Shown: positions 50,865 to 59,631, counted from the stretch's first letter. The stretch: 60,812 nt of DNA from an uncultured Clostridia bacterium (GCA_947164825.1 CAMUYE010000001.1:1-60812); one strand, 5' to 3'. A program made the numbers and translations. The notes: generated from the sequence alone by a model not told the origin.

Positions 50865-51581
50865 TTACGCAACCGCGTTCTTGCCGGTTTCTTTCTCTTT
50901 GTCTTCTTTTTCTTTGTCTTTTCCGCCGGCGAGTTTTTGACGGATGAAAAGCGCCAGGGCTTTGCCCGCAAATTTCAGGAGCAGGAGCACGACGCCGCCG
51001 ATCCGGAGCCGGACCCGCAGTTCCGCCTCCAGGTCGGTCTTGGAGGCTGTGAAGTCGGGATACACCGCGATCTTCTTTTCCTTGATCCGGAACGCTTGCT
51101 CCAGGATCGGCATGGCGATGCCGATGGCCTCCCAGGCCTTGCCGATGGTCTCGGCGGTTTTGGCCGGGTCGCCTCCCGCCAGGGCGGCGCGGACCCGGAG
51201 CCGGGTGACCGTAAGCTTCCGGTGGAAGAACTGGCCGACAAATTTCGCGCCCAGCTTCGCCCAGGGGATGATCTCTCTGACCTTCTCCGGCAGGGGCTTC
51301 TTGGGCTTTTCCGGCTCTTCGGGCTTGGCGATCAGGCTTTGCGCCTGTTTCTTTTTCTTCTTTTTCTCCTTGGCCGCGGCCTTCTTGGCGTCCTTCTTTG
51401 CTTTCTTCGCTTCGGCCTTTTCCCGCTTCTTCCGGGACATCGGCTTCTTCGGCAGGATGCCGATCCGGATGAAGAGGATCGTCAGCTTCAATTCGATCTC
51501 GTCATGGTATCGGAAAATGACGCCCACGGGGATGCATCCGATCAGGAAGATGACGGCGGCAATGATCAGGAATACCCTCAT
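50865..51581 (-). CDS. DUF2953 (YtfI-like) sporulation-associated membrane protein with Lys-rich linker
   Basis: An N-terminal TM, ILFIRIGILPKK, a long KKxKK linker and a C-terminal TM. Its position upstream of ytfJ matches my recollection of Bacillus. Confidence 0.7.
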   Translation of the reverse strand: MRVFLIIAAVIFLIGCIPVGVIFRYHDEIELKLTILFIRIGILPKKPMSRKKREKAEAKKAKKDAKKAAAKEKKKKKKQAQSLIAKPEEPEKPKKPLPEKVREIIPWAKLGAKFVGQFFHRKLTVTRLRVRAALAGGDPAKTAETIGKAWEAIGIAMPILEQAFRIKEKKIAVYPDFTASKTDLEAELRVRLRIGGVVLLLLKFAGKALALFIRQKLAGGKDKEKEDKEKETGKNAVA

Positions 51582-52234
51582 TCAGCCTTCGCCTCCTCTG
51601 CCGGTTGATCGGAGGCTTCTGCCTCGGGCGGGCGGCCAATGGCCGCCCCTACGGCGCGGTCCCCTGTTGCCTGTTGCCCGCTGCCTGTTGCCTCGCCGCC
51701 GTCCTCGGCGGCGGTGCTGAACTGCACCTTCTCCATCTCCGGCAGCTCGTCCAGGGACTCCAGACCGAAGGTGCGGAGGAAGTCGGGGGTGGTGCGGTAG
51801 AGGATGGGGCGGCCCGGGGCTTCCAGGCGGCCGTCTTCCTCGATGAGCTTCTTGTTCAGCAGAGCCGAAACGGAATACGCGCTGTCCACCCCCCGGAGCT
51901 TCTCCACGAAGGCCTTGGTGGTGGGCTGGTAGTAGGCGATAATGGTGAGGGTCTCCAGCTGGGAGGCCGAGAGCTTCGGGGGCTTGCGGGTCTCCAGGGC
52001 ACGGGTGACCCAGGGGGCCAGGTCGTTCTGGGAGCACATCTGCCAGCTGTCCTCCAGCCGGAGGATGCGGATGCCCCGGCGCTCGAAGGCGTAGAGGTCC
52101 ATGAGCTCCTTCATGACGGCCCGGATCTCGTCGGGGTCGGTCTCGGTGACGAAGCTGAGCCGCTCCGTCTCCACCGGCTCCCCGGCGGCGAACAATACTG
52201 CCTCGCAGATGCGGGCAAGCTCCTTATGATCCAT
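51578..52234 (-). CDS. scpB: segregation and condensation protein B with repeat-encoded C-terminal tail
   Basis: ICEAVLFAAGEPVETERLS...LSASQLETLTIIAYYQPTTKAFVEKLRGVDSAYSVSALLNKKLIEE (two winged helices). The tail GGEATGSGQQATGDRAVGAAIGRPPE is encoded by 51630-51694. Confidence 0.9.
   Translation of the reverse strand: MDHKELARICEAVLFAAGEPVETERLSFVTETDPDEIRAVMKELMDLYAFERRGIRILRLEDSWQMCSQNDLAPWVTRALETRKPPKLSASQLETLTIIAYYQPTTKAFVEKLRGVDSAYSVSALLNKKLIEEDGRLEAPGRPILYRTTPDFLRTFGLESLDELPEMEKVQFSTAAEDGGEATGSGQQATGDRAVGAAIGRPPEAEASDQPAEEAKAE
51630..51694 (-). repeat. composite element inside scpB: (GGCAACA)-type heptad array + GTAG-headed REP
   Basis: Minus strand: GAG GCAACAG GCAGCGG GCAACAG GCAACAG GGGAC CGCG CCGTAG GGGCGGCC-ATT-GGCCGCCC. 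Same module order and same reading frame as the metG copy. Confidence 0.85.
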
Positions 52235-53015
52235 TCGCTTCCTCCTTTCCCGGCACCCGCAGCAGCCGGACGGCGGTCTCTCCGCCCTCCTCGCTCAGCT
52301 CCACGGCGTTGGTCCGGCACAGCTCCAGCACGGCCAGGAAGGTCGCCACGATCTCAGAGCGGCTGCGGCAGCCCCGGAAGAGGCGGCGCAGGGCGCTGAC
52401 GCCCCGGAGAACCAGCTTTTTCAGCAGCTCCGCGGTCTTTTTCGTGACGGGGTAGGGCTCCCGGCCCACGATGCCCTCGAAGCTGGCCCGGGGCGGCGGG
52501 AGCTGGGCCTTGCTGCGCTCGGAAATGCTCTCGAAGGCCCGCAGCAGGTCCGCGGGCTCGTGGCGGTAGCGGTAGGTCCTGTCCCGCTCAAAGGGCTCCG
52601 GGGCCTTGGGAAATAGGCCCAGGCCCAGCTCGTTCCGCCCCTCCAGGAAGGCCGCGGCGGTCCGGACCCGGTCGATGGCCTCCTGGCGCTGACGCTCCTG
52701 GAGAGACTGGATCAGCTGTTCCATCTCGGACAGGGCCTCGGCCTGCTCGGCGGCGGAGAGCAGCATCTTGGTCTTGATGAGCATGAGATGAGAGGCCATG
52801 GCGATAAACTCGCTGGCGATCTCCATGTCCATGCGCTTCATCTCTTCCATCCAGGCCAGGTACTGCTCCAGGATCGCCGTGATCGACACGTCCTGGATCT
52901 CAATTTTGTTTTTGCTCAGCAGGAGCAGGATCAGGTCCAGGGGGCCGTCGAAATCCCCGGCGGTCTCGTCATGGGCCTTCATCACACCTGTGAGGTGGTA
53001 ATTCGGTTCGTTCAT
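52224..53015 (-). CDS. scpA: segregation and condensation protein A
   Basis: The last 263 codons of ORF 52224..53729, from ATG 53013-53015. FDGPLDLILLLLSKNKIEIQDVSITAILEQYL.... The upstream part of the ORF overlaps the M50 gene out of frame and is rejected. Confidence 0.9.
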   Translation of the reverse strand: MNEPNYHLTGVMKAHDETAGDFDGPLDLILLLLSKNKIEIQDVSITAILEQYLAWMEEMKRMDMEIASEFIAMASHLMLIKTKMLLSAAEQAEALSEMEQLIQSLQERQRQEAIDRVRTAAAFLEGRNELGLGLFPKAPEPFERDRTYRYRHEPADLLRAFESISERSKAQLPPPRASFEGIVGREPYPVTKKTAELLKKLVLRGVSALRRLFRGCRSRSEIVATFLAVLELCRTNAVELSEEGGETAVRLLRVPGKEEANGS

Positions 53016-53056
53016 ACGGGAAACTCCGTTTCCGAATGCAGAATAATGAGGCGGCG

Positions 53057-53782
53057 CTATACGCCCGTGATCAGCCTCGCAATCGGCTCGGCGACGGCGG
53101 CGACGACGTACATCAAACCGCCCACCAGGTAGCTCAGGGGCTTGTCCAGGACGCCGGTAAAAAGCAGGACCGCCAGGATGATAAAGCCGTACTTCTCGTA
53201 GCGCATGAGCCAGGCGTAGGCCTTGTTCGGCAGGACGATGGCAAAGATCTTGGAACCGTCCAGGGGAGAGACAGGGATCAGGTTGAAGACCGCCAGGCCG
53301 GCATTCAGCAGGAAACACCGAAACAGGAAGAGGCCGAGATAGTCGCGCCATCCGGAGGCAGAAATGTAATAACCCCATTCCAGCCAATACGGCCAGTAGA
53401 TGGGATACAAGACGATGAAATATCCGATCCCGAAGAGGAAGGCCAGGATCACGTTGGAAATGGGTCCCGCGGCGGCGGTGAGGGCCATGCCGACCTTGGG
53501 GTTCTTGACCTTCGTCATGCGGTAGGGATTGATGGGCACGGGCTTGGCCCAGCCGAAGTGGGCCACCACCATCATGAGGAAGCCCACCGGATCCAGGTGG
53601 CGCAGCGGGTTCAGGCTGATGCGGCCCATGCGCTTGGCGGTGTCGTCCCCCAGCCAGAGGGCCGACAGGGCGTGACAGCTCTCGTGGACGCAGATGGCGA
53701 TGAGCGCCGCCGCGGCAAACATGAGCCATTCAATGATGCGGTTCAGATCGATGCCCTGGAACCAGTTGGTCAAAGCGGTCAT
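53057..53782 (-). CDS. site-2 protease family (peptidase M50) membrane metalloprotease
   Basis: Trimmed to ATG 53780-53782. HExxH (VHESCHALSA), LNPLRHLDPVG and NLIPVSPLDGSK motifs. Confidence 0.85.
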   Translation of the reverse strand: MTALTNWFQGIDLNRIIEWLMFAAAALIAICVHESCHALSALWLGDDTAKRMGRISLNPLRHLDPVGFLMMVVAHFGWAKPVPINPYRMTKVKNPKVGMALTAAAGPISNVILAFLFGIGYFIVLYPIYWPYWLEWGYYISASGWRDYLGLFLFRCFLLNAGLAVFNLIPVSPLDGSKIFAIVLPNKAYAWLMRYEKYGFIILAVLLFTGVLDKPLSYLVGGLMYVVAAVAEPIARLITGV

Positions 53783-53986
53783 AGGAATCCCCCAATAAAC
53801 ACAGTACTCCAATTTACAGGATATTGTACCATAGTTTTCCCGGATGTGCAAGGGTGGTAACCGGGTTTTGGAAATTTTTCTTTTTTGGCCCGTGATCCCT
53901 CAGCTTCTTCCGCGGCGGGGCATTTCGCATTCATTTCCCGCCGTACCCGCCGCATAGACTTTCTTGAAAAGCTGGGAGGTGCGGAT

Positions 53987-54241
53987 ATGACAGATACCAT
54001 CGACGAGCGGGCACGGGAGCTGGGGCTTTACGTGCTGGAGACCGGGGCCACGGTCCGGGCCGCGGCGGAGCGCTTCGGCGTGTCCAAGTCCACGGTGCAC
54101 AAGGATCTGACCGAGCGCCTGGAGCGGGCTGACCGGCTGCTCTGGCTTCGGGTCCGGGTCGTGCTGGACCGGAACAAGGCCGAGCGCCACCTGCGGGGCG
54201 GCGAGGCCACCCGGCGGCGCTACGAAAGGATCCGGGATTAG
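53987..54241 (+). CDS. spoIIID: sporulation transcriptional regulator SpoIIID
   Basis: Trimmed to ATG 53987 (GGGAGG upstream). ...VRAAAERFGVSKSTVHKDLTERL...RHLRGGEATRRRY matches the SpoIIID HTH and basic tail closely. Confidence 0.92.
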   Translation: MTDTIDERARELGLYVLETGATVRAAAERFGVSKSTVHKDLTERLERADRLLWLRVRVVLDRNKAERHLRGGEATRRRYERIRD

Positions 54242-54283
54242 AAATTCAGGTTCGGGGATTCGGGGAAGCAGCGTGCAAAATGA

Positions 54284-54312
54284 TTGACAAAACCGCGAAA
54301 ATGCGGCATAAT
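54284..54312 (+). promoter_or_regulatory. sigma-70-type promoter of the pyrophosphatase/trxB unit
   Basis: TTGACA (54284-54289), 17 nt, CATAAT (54307-54312). Confidence 0.65.
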
Positions 54313-54359
54313 AGAATAGATATAGTATTCGCATTCATTCCCATACAAAGGAGGTCACT

Positions 54360-55976
54360 ATGGATCAAGTCTTCGTTACCGGCCATCGGAACCCGGATAC
54401 GGATTCCATCGTCTCGGCCATGTCCTATGCCGCCCTGCAGAACGCGCTGGGCGAACGGGGCTACGTTGCGAGCCGTTTGGGCCATCTGAACGACGAGTCC
54501 AAACGCATTCTGGAACGCTTTGGCTTTGAACCGCCCGTCTACATCAAGGATATGCGGACCCAGGTTCTGGATCTGGACTACGACACGCCCCCCGCTCTGA
54601 GCGCCGCCCTCACCGTGGGCCGGGGCTGGGACATCCTGCGCAACGACCCCGCCATCACGGCGATCCCCGTGACCAACGAGGACGGCAGCCTCTACGGAAT
54701 GCTCTCCTCCGGCGACGTGGCCAGCTACGACATGCAGACCATCGAGGACCCCATGGTGCGGGACGTGCCGCTCTTCAACCTGCTTTCCGTGCTGGAGGGC
54801 CGGGTGCTGAACGACGCCGGGGCCTGTGTGGACAGCGTCTCGGGCGAGCTCATTCTGGGCCTGCCCAAGGGGGCCGACCAGCAGCTCTTCGACCATGAGA
54901 ACTACATCGCCGTCTGCGGCGACCAGCCCGAGGTCATCCGCTGGGCTCTGGAGTCCAACATCCACGTCCTGATTCTCTGCGAGGCGGAGCTGAGCCCCGA
55001 GCTGCGGAACCTGGAGACCCGGACCTGCATCATCTCCACCCCCTTCTCCGCCTACCGGGCGGCGCGGCTGATCTTCCAGTCCATCCCCATCGCCCGGATC
55101 TGCCAGACCGAGAACCTGGTGACCTTCCGGCTCACCGACTGGCTGGACGACGTGAAGGAAGTGGTCTCCAAGACCCGCTACCGCTGCTACCCGATCCTGG
55201 ACGAGAAGGACCAGGTCGTGGGGACTCTGTCCCGCTACCACCTGATCAAGCCCCGGCGCAAAAAGGTCGTGCTGGTGGACCACAACGAGGCGGCCCAGTC
55301 CGTCCCCGGTCTGGATCAGGTGGAGATCCTGGGCATCATCGACCACCATCGGCTGGCGGATATCCAGTCCACGAACCCGATCTTCTTCCGGAACGAGATC
55401 GTGGGCAGCACCAACACCATCGTGGCGGAGATGTACCAGGAGAAGGGCCTGATGCCCTCGAAGAAGATGGCCGGCCTCATGTGCGCCGCCATCCTCTCGG
55501 ACACGGTCATCTTCAAGTCCCCCACCGCCACCCCCCGGGACCGGGCCATCGCGGAGCGGCTGGCCCGCATCGCCGGTGTGGATCTGGAGGAGCTGGGCAA
55601 ATTCATCTTCGCCTCCTCCCTGGGCGAGGGCAAAACCGCCCGGGATCTGCTCTACACCGATTTCAAGGACTTCCACATCGCGGGTCACTATCTGGGTGTG
55701 GGTCAGATCACCTGCGTGGACTCCGTCTCCATCCTGTCCCGGAAGGACGAGTTCCTGGCGGAGATGGAGAAGGCCCGGACCGAGAAGGGCTACAGCATCA
55801 TGATCCTGATGCTCACCGACGTGCTGCTGGAGGGCACCCAGATCATCTTCCTGGGCGACCCCGACGACATCGCCCAGGCCTTCGGCGCGGAGCCCAAGGA
55901 CAACACCCTCTTCCTCCCCGGGGTCATGAGCCGCAAAAAGCAGGTCATCCCCATGCTGTCGGCCCTCTGGGGATAA
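54360..55976 (+). CDS. family II (DHH/DHHA2) inorganic pyrophosphatase with CBS-pair/DRTGG insertion
   Basis: MDQVFVTGHRNPDTDSIVSA (DHH motif I)...DHNE...IIDHHR...GSTNTIV...SDT...a long insertion between DHH motifs...DHHA2 C-terminus. Confidence 0.88.
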   Translation: MDQVFVTGHRNPDTDSIVSAMSYAALQNALGERGYVASRLGHLNDESKRILERFGFEPPVYIKDMRTQVLDLDYDTPPALSAALTVGRGWDILRNDPAITAIPVTNEDGSLYGMLSSGDVASYDMQTIEDPMVRDVPLFNLLSVLEGRVLNDAGACVDSVSGELILGLPKGADQQLFDHENYIAVCGDQPEVIRWALESNIHVLILCEAELSPELRNLETRTCIISTPFSAYRAARLIFQSIPIARICQTENLVTFRLTDWLDDVKEVVSKTRYRCYPILDEKDQVVGTLSRYHLIKPRRKKVVLVDHNEAAQSVPGLDQVEILGIIDHHRLADIQSTNPIFFRNEIVGSTNTIVAEMYQEKGLMPSKKMAGLMCAAILSDTVIFKSPTATPRDRAIAERLARIAGVDLEELGKFIFASSLGEGKTARDLLYTDFKDFHIAGHYLGVGQITCVDSVSILSRKDEFLAEMEKARTEKGYSIMILMLTDVLLEGTQIIFLGDPDDIAQAFGAEPKDNTLFLPGVMSRKKQVIPMLSALWG

Positions 55977-55994
55977 ATAAAAAAGGAGAACCCT

Positions 55995-56900
55995 ATGATA
56001 TACGACATTCTGATCGTTGGCGCGGGTCCCGCGGGGCTCACCGCCGCCATTTACGCGCGCCGGGCGGGGAAATCCGTGCTGGTGCTGGAAAAAGATACCT
56101 TCGGCGGGCAGATGACCTTCTCGCCCAAGCTGGAAAACTACCCCGGCTTTGAGACCATCTCGGGCAACGACCTGGCCCAGCGGATGCTGGAACAGGCCAT
56201 GGCCCTGGGCGTCGACGTGGACATGGACACGGTGACCGGCGTTGAAAACGGCCCGGTGAAGACCGTGACCGGCGAAAACGGGAGCTATGAGGCCCGGGCC
56301 GTCATCGTCGCCGCCGGAGCCCGCCACCGCCGCCTGGGCCTGCCCCGGGAGGAGGACTTCATCGGAAACGGCCTGTCCTTCTGCGCGGTCTGCGACGGGG
56401 CCTTCTACCAGGGCGGACACGTGGCCGTCATCGGAGGCGGCAACACCGCCCTGCAGGAGATCCTGCTGCTCTCTGAAACCTGCGGCAAGGTCACGGTGGT
56501 CCAGAATCTGGCCTTCCTCACCGGCGAGCAGGCCATGATCGACCGGGTGCTGGCCCGGCCCAACGTGGAGATCCTCTATTCGACGATTTGCGTGGGGTAC
56601 GAGGGCGAGGAGGCCCTGAGCGGCCTGCGGCTGCGCAGCGAACTGGACGGAAGCGAATCCCGGCTGGCCGTGGACGGCGCCTTCCTGGCCATCGGCACGG
56701 AGCCCGAGAACGGCGCTTTCGCGGCCCTGGCCCCACTGAACGAGTTCGGGTACATCGTCTCCGACGAGAGCTGCCTGACCCCCACCGAGGGCGTCTTCGC
56801 CGCCGGTGACTGCCGCACGAAGCGTTACCGCCAGATTGCCACCGCCGTGGCCGACGGCGCCAACGCGGCCCTGAACGCCTGCCGGTATCTGGACCGATAA
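55995..56900 (+). CDS. trxB: thioredoxin-disulfide reductase
   Basis: YDILIVGAGPAGLTAAIYA, redox-active CAVCDG, GGGNTALQE, and a C-terminal GVFAAGDC...RQIATAVADG. Confidence 0.92.
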   Translation: MIYDILIVGAGPAGLTAAIYARRAGKSVLVLEKDTFGGQMTFSPKLENYPGFETISGNDLAQRMLEQAMALGVDVDMDTVTGVENGPVKTVTGENGSYEARAVIVAAGARHRRLGLPREEDFIGNGLSFCAVCDGAFYQGGHVAVIGGGNTALQEILLLSETCGKVTVVQNLAFLTGEQAMIDRVLARPNVEILYSTICVGYEGEEALSGLRLRSELDGSESRLAVDGAFLAIGTEPENGAFAALAPLNEFGYIVSDESCLTPTEGVFAAGDCRTKRYRQIATAVADGANAALNACRYLDR

Positions 56901-56966
56901 TGCAGCTCCGCAGCGGCTGCGCAGCTGCGCGGTCCCTGCGGAGATTCCGCGAAAGGAGGCGTCCGT

Positions 56967-59564
56967 TTGATTTTCATATTCGTGCTGGCGGCCGCCTCCC
57001 TTCTGGGCGGCCTCCTTGGCTCCGTGCTCTCGAACCAGCCCCGCCGGAAGGCCCCCCTGGCCGCCCTGCTCCTGGCCCTGACCGCGGCGGCCCTCTTCCT
57101 GGGGGGACTCTGCCTGTGGGCCCGGTCCACGGAGCTGACGGCGGTCGTCGACCGCTTCTTCCCGGACCGCCCCGCCAAGCTTCTCGGCTGCGGCCTGCTT
57201 TTTGCCCTCTGCTGCCTCCTGGGCCTTCTGCTCGGCGTTCTCCGTTCCGGGGGCCTGGGGCGGTATTTCCGCCGGATCGCGGGCAGCCGCGTTCACCGGA
57301 CCGCGTTTTTCGCCGCCCTGGGCGGCGGCCTGGTCCTGGCCGCGGCCTGGGCCTTCCTGACCTGGGTTCCGACCCCCGCACCCATCCGGCTCAACGAAGT
57401 CTGCTGCGCCAACTTCTCCCGCCCGGACCCCGATACGGGAGAGTACGCCGACTATATTGAATTGATCAACACCGGATCCGCCCCCGCGGAGCTGGACGGT
57501 TACTATATTTCCGACAATCCCAAAAAGCGGAATCGCTTCCGCCTCCCCGCCCGGACCCTGGAGCCGGGCCAGACGCTCCTGCTCTGGGCCGACGGCACGG
57601 GCAAGTCCGGCGTGCAAAGCGGCGAAACGATTCACCTGAGCTTTTCTCTGAAGCCCGGCGAAACGGTTTATCTCAGCTCCCCCCAAGGAGCCCTGCTGGA
57701 CGAAGCCCCGGTCCCGGAGCGGCACAAGGACGTCTCCCTCTCCCGGCTGGACGGGGCCTGGACCCTGGCCGAGGCCACCCCCGGCGGTCCCAACGAGGAC
57801 GCCGCTCCCTGGACCGTCCCGACCCTTGACCCGCCCAGCCTCAGCCTGCCCTCCGGCTTCTACGACGGACCCCAGAGCCTGCGCCTGACCGCCGCCCCCG
57901 GCTGCGAGATCCGCTATACCCTGGACGGCTCCCGCCCCGGGTTGGAGAGCCCGCTTTATGAAGGCCCCCTGGCCCTGAAGGATATCTCCGATCAGCCCAA
58001 CCGGGTCGTCAGCCAGCCCAACACCACTCTGGACCGCAGCGGCGCAATCACCGAACCCGTGGACAAGGGCACGGTCCTCCGGGCCGCCTGCTTCGACGCT
58101 GCGGGCAATTGCAGCGAGCCCATCACTGCCGTCTACTTCATCGGCAAGGAGCGCTTCGCCAAATACGAGGGCAGGGTCGTGCTCAACGTCACCGCCGACC
58201 CCAAGGAGCTCTTCGGCGACGCGGGGATCCTGGTCACCGGCCCCGCCTACGACGCCTGGCTGGAGGCCGGCGGCAAGGGCGAGGCCCCCGTCGCCAACTT
58301 CCAGCGCAGCGGCCGGGAATCGGAACGGGAGGCCGCCCTTCTGCTCTGGGACGAGGCCCGTTCTCCCCTGCTGGACTGCCCCTGCGGCCTTCGGGTCCAG
58401 GGCAGCTCCACCCGGGTCTACGCCATCAAGCGTCTGAGCTTCTACGCCCGCCCGGCCTACGGGACGGACCGGCTCTTTTCCGCCCCCATCTTTGCAAGCG
58501 GCCCCTCTCACGCCTTCTTCACCCGTTCCCTGGCCCACGAGCCCATGGCCCAGGCCCTGGCTGCCAAGCGGGGCCTCGGAGGCCAGGACGCCCGCCGGGC
58601 GGCGGTCTTCGTCAACGGGGAATTCTACTGCGAGACCTGGCTGCGGGAACGCTACGACGCCCAATACTTTGAAAATCACTACGGCGTGTCCGAAAAGGAA
58701 ATGATCCTCATCGAAAACCAGCTCGCCGACATCGGCAGCCCGGAGGACTACAACGACTACGCGGCTCTGATGGATCGGATCCTGGCGGGGGATTGCTCGG
58801 ACCCGGCCTTCTATTCCGAGGTCTGCCAAAGCATCGACCCGGAGAGCTTCGCGGCCTTCATGGCCGTCAACCTCTACCTGAAAAACACGGACTGGAGCGA
58901 GCTGGTCAACTACAAGCTCTGGCGGACCCGGAGTCGGCTGGGCGAAGGCGTCCTGGACGGGCGCTGGCACTGGCTGGCCTTCGATATGGACAGCTGCTTC
59001 TGGACCCGGGAAGCCTTCGGCGACGCCCCCCGGGCCTCCTACGACATCTTCTCCTACCCCTCGGTCCTCACAGGCCGCAGCTTCGAGGAAATGCCCCTCT
59101 TCCGGGCCCTGCTGCGGAGCCCGGAGTTCCGGGAGCTCTTCGCCCGAACCTGGCTGGAGCTGCTGAACGTCAGCTTCAGCTACGAGAATTCTCTGCCCCT
59201 GCTGGAGCGCTTCGGCCTCACGGAGGACGCCTTCTGGCCCGAATTCCTCCGGGATCGCCCGGCTTACGCCACAGACCAGCTCATCAAACACATCCTTCCC
59301 GACGCCTCCCCCTGCGCCCTGAGCCTCTCCGCATCCGATCCCGACGGCGGCTGCCTTCGCCTGGATGATCTTTCCGAAGCGATTGCCCTTCCCTGGAACG
59401 GCGCCTGGGTCACCGGCGTCCCCCTGAAGCTCACCGCCGTCCCTGCCGAGGGCTGGCGCTTCCTCCGCTGGGAGGGCTCTGTCGAAAGCACCGAAGAAAC
59501 AATCACCCTGACCCCCGCCGCCGACCTAACCCTGACCGCGGTTTTTGAACGAACAACGCCGTAG
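56967..59564 (+). CDS. CotH-family kinase-like protein with 4 N-terminal TM helices, lamin-tail domain (LTD), chitobiase-C-like domain and C-terminal InlB-B-repeat-like domain
   Basis: TTG start 6 nt after GAAAGGAGG. The LTD is IRLNEVCCANFS...YIELINTGSAPAELDGYYISDN...LLLWADG. FYDGPQSLRLTAAPGCEIRYTLDGS is present, the CotH core is ...FVNGEFYCETWLRERYD...NLYLKNTDWSELVNYKLWR..., and the C-terminus is GWRFLRWEG. Confidence 0.8.
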   Translation: MIFIFVLAAASLLGGLLGSVLSNQPRRKAPLAALLLALTAAALFLGGLCLWARSTELTAVVDRFFPDRPAKLLGCGLLFALCCLLGLLLGVLRSGGLGRYFRRIAGSRVHRTAFFAALGGGLVLAAAWAFLTWVPTPAPIRLNEVCCANFSRPDPDTGEYADYIELINTGSAPAELDGYYISDNPKKRNRFRLPARTLEPGQTLLLWADGTGKSGVQSGETIHLSFSLKPGETVYLSSPQGALLDEAPVPERHKDVSLSRLDGAWTLAEATPGGPNEDAAPWTVPTLDPPSLSLPSGFYDGPQSLRLTAAPGCEIRYTLDGSRPGLESPLYEGPLALKDISDQPNRVVSQPNTTLDRSGAITEPVDKGTVLRAACFDAAGNCSEPITAVYFIGKERFAKYEGRVVLNVTADPKELFGDAGILVTGPAYDAWLEAGGKGEAPVANFQRSGRESEREAALLLWDEARSPLLDCPCGLRVQGSSTRVYAIKRLSFYARPAYGTDRLFSAPIFASGPSHAFFTRSLAHEPMAQALAAKRGLGGQDARRAAVFVNGEFYCETWLRERYDAQYFENHYGVSEKEMILIENQLADIGSPEDYNDYAALMDRILAGDCSDPAFYSEVCQSIDPESFAAFMAVNLYLKNTDWSELVNYKLWRTRSRLGEGVLDGRWHWLAFDMDSCFWTREAFGDAPRASYDIFSYPSVLTGRSFEEMPLFRALLRSPEFRELFARTWLELLNVSFSYENSLPLLERFGLTEDAFWPEFLRDRPAYATDQLIKHILPDASPCALSLSASDPDGGCLRLDDLSEAIALPWNGAWVTGVPLKLTAVPAEGWRFLRWEGSVESTEETITLTPAADLTLTAVFERTTP

Positions 59565-59606
59565 GGCGGTCATACTTCGTGACTCTTACGAGTTCGACCG
59601 CCCTAC
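59561..59606. repeat. GTAG...CTAC palindromic REP between the two CotH paralogs; its GTAG supplies the stop of the first
   Basis: GTAGGGCGGTC ATACTTCGTGACTCTTACGAGTTC GACCGCCCTAC. TAG at 59562-59564 is the stop of CDS 56967..59564. The inner CATACTTCGT also occurs at 37261-37270. Confidence 0.85.
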
Positions 59607-59631
59607 CACCCCCCGGAAAGGAGGCGTCCGT

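Noticed and set aside
52224-53729. 501-aa ORF suggesting a large ScpA fusion
   Set aside because: Only the last 263 codons (from ATG 53013-53015) are ScpA. The upstream part overlaps the M50 protease gene on the same strand in another frame and is Arg/Pro/Gly-rich.
53852-53986. Sigma-E type promoter upstream of spoIIID (CATAGACT near 53949-53956)
   Set aside because: The -10-like box resembles CATACA-T, but I could not place a convincing -35 at the right spacing. It is too weak to annotate.
54246-59291. 1681-aa minus-strand ORF
   Set aside because: It lies antisense to the pyrophosphatase, trxB and CotH genes, all of which have clear family motifs, RBSs and starts. Its composition is Gly/Ala/Pro/Arg-rich noise.
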